A DNA stretch of 63,722 bases, the filler included, from Octopus bimaculoides (taxonomy: Eukaryota): the NCBI RefSeq assembly GCF_001194135.2. It is 8 parts of 6 records of this genome, joined end to end, with 100 filler letters (N's around TTAATTAATTAA, not from the genome) between each part and the next. Parts side by side here need not be neighbours in the genome. Positions count along the whole stretch, not along the records: positions 61,687 to 63,722 come from NW_026322143.1; 7 more parts are not named here. The stretch is one strand, 5' to 3'. The position numbers were made by a program, and so were the translations under genes. The notes under the pieces are model-generated. The model did not search any database, was not told the origin of the DNA, and was given only the letters and a program-made list of their open reading frames with translations. Numbering within the stretch: the stretch's first letter is position 1; each line of letters begins with the position of its first letter. Shown here piece after piece: positions 63,301 through 63,722 of this stretch.

Positions 63301-63722
63301 TGAGTGCGAGCGTGCGTGCGTGCGTGCATGTGTGTGTGTGTATTTTGTATTAAGAATTTATAATGATTTCGAAGGCTCTGCTTTGCTGTTGTGCAAGACG
63401 ATGTAATGAAAGTAAATGCGTGGCGATTATTCCGATTTCACTATTGAAACATAAACAAAAATAAATGCAAATGCCTTTTTTAAATAAACGTTTTACAAGA
63501 TATATTTATGCATATGCGCATGTGTGCAAAATGCATAAATATTTGTCTGCAATAAAAATCGAAATATTAAACAAGCTGTTTATTGAATATTCAAATAAAA
63601 GTATGAAACGTAAATATGAAAGGTTTCTGTCCGGCTTGAGAAAAGTTATATTGTGTATAAATAAATAAACCATCAATCAAAGGGATAACGCTATGCATAC
63701 ACACACACGCACGCACACACAC

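Overview
Eukaryotic, AT-rich, extremely microsatellite-rich draft-assembly sequence with about 30 N gaps. Seven of the gaps are artificial 100-nt joins (44 N + TTAATTAATTAA + 44 N). The repeat landscape looks like an octopod cephalopod, probably Octopus; this is inference from recall, not verified. I recognise no host protein-coding gene: nearly all listed ORFs are microsatellite or N read-throughs, or transposon fragments. The window is a mosaic of at least five tRNA-headed SINE families (my labels A-F) and degraded non-LTR retrotransposons (R4/Dong next to TAA repeats, two Hero-like RLE ends, CR1/Zenon-like, probable RTE). It also holds Penelope-like 3' ends, a mariner, a DD37E Tc1-like transposase and a piggyBac-type MITE. 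Main leads: (1) three different Penelope-type minimal hammerhead-ribozyme-like motifs, one with a non-canonical CUGUUGA core in both copies and one joined head-to-head to a tRNA-type Pol III head; (2) an ~210-bp-arm inverted duplication (59847-60308) whose two arms each carry a splice-site-bounded, open 57-60 nt candidate exon; (3) SINEs with a built-in variable microsatellite and closely spaced inverted SINE pairs; (4) several promoter-like motif clusters (CCAAT+RFX X-box, inverted E-box pair, ETS+YY1).
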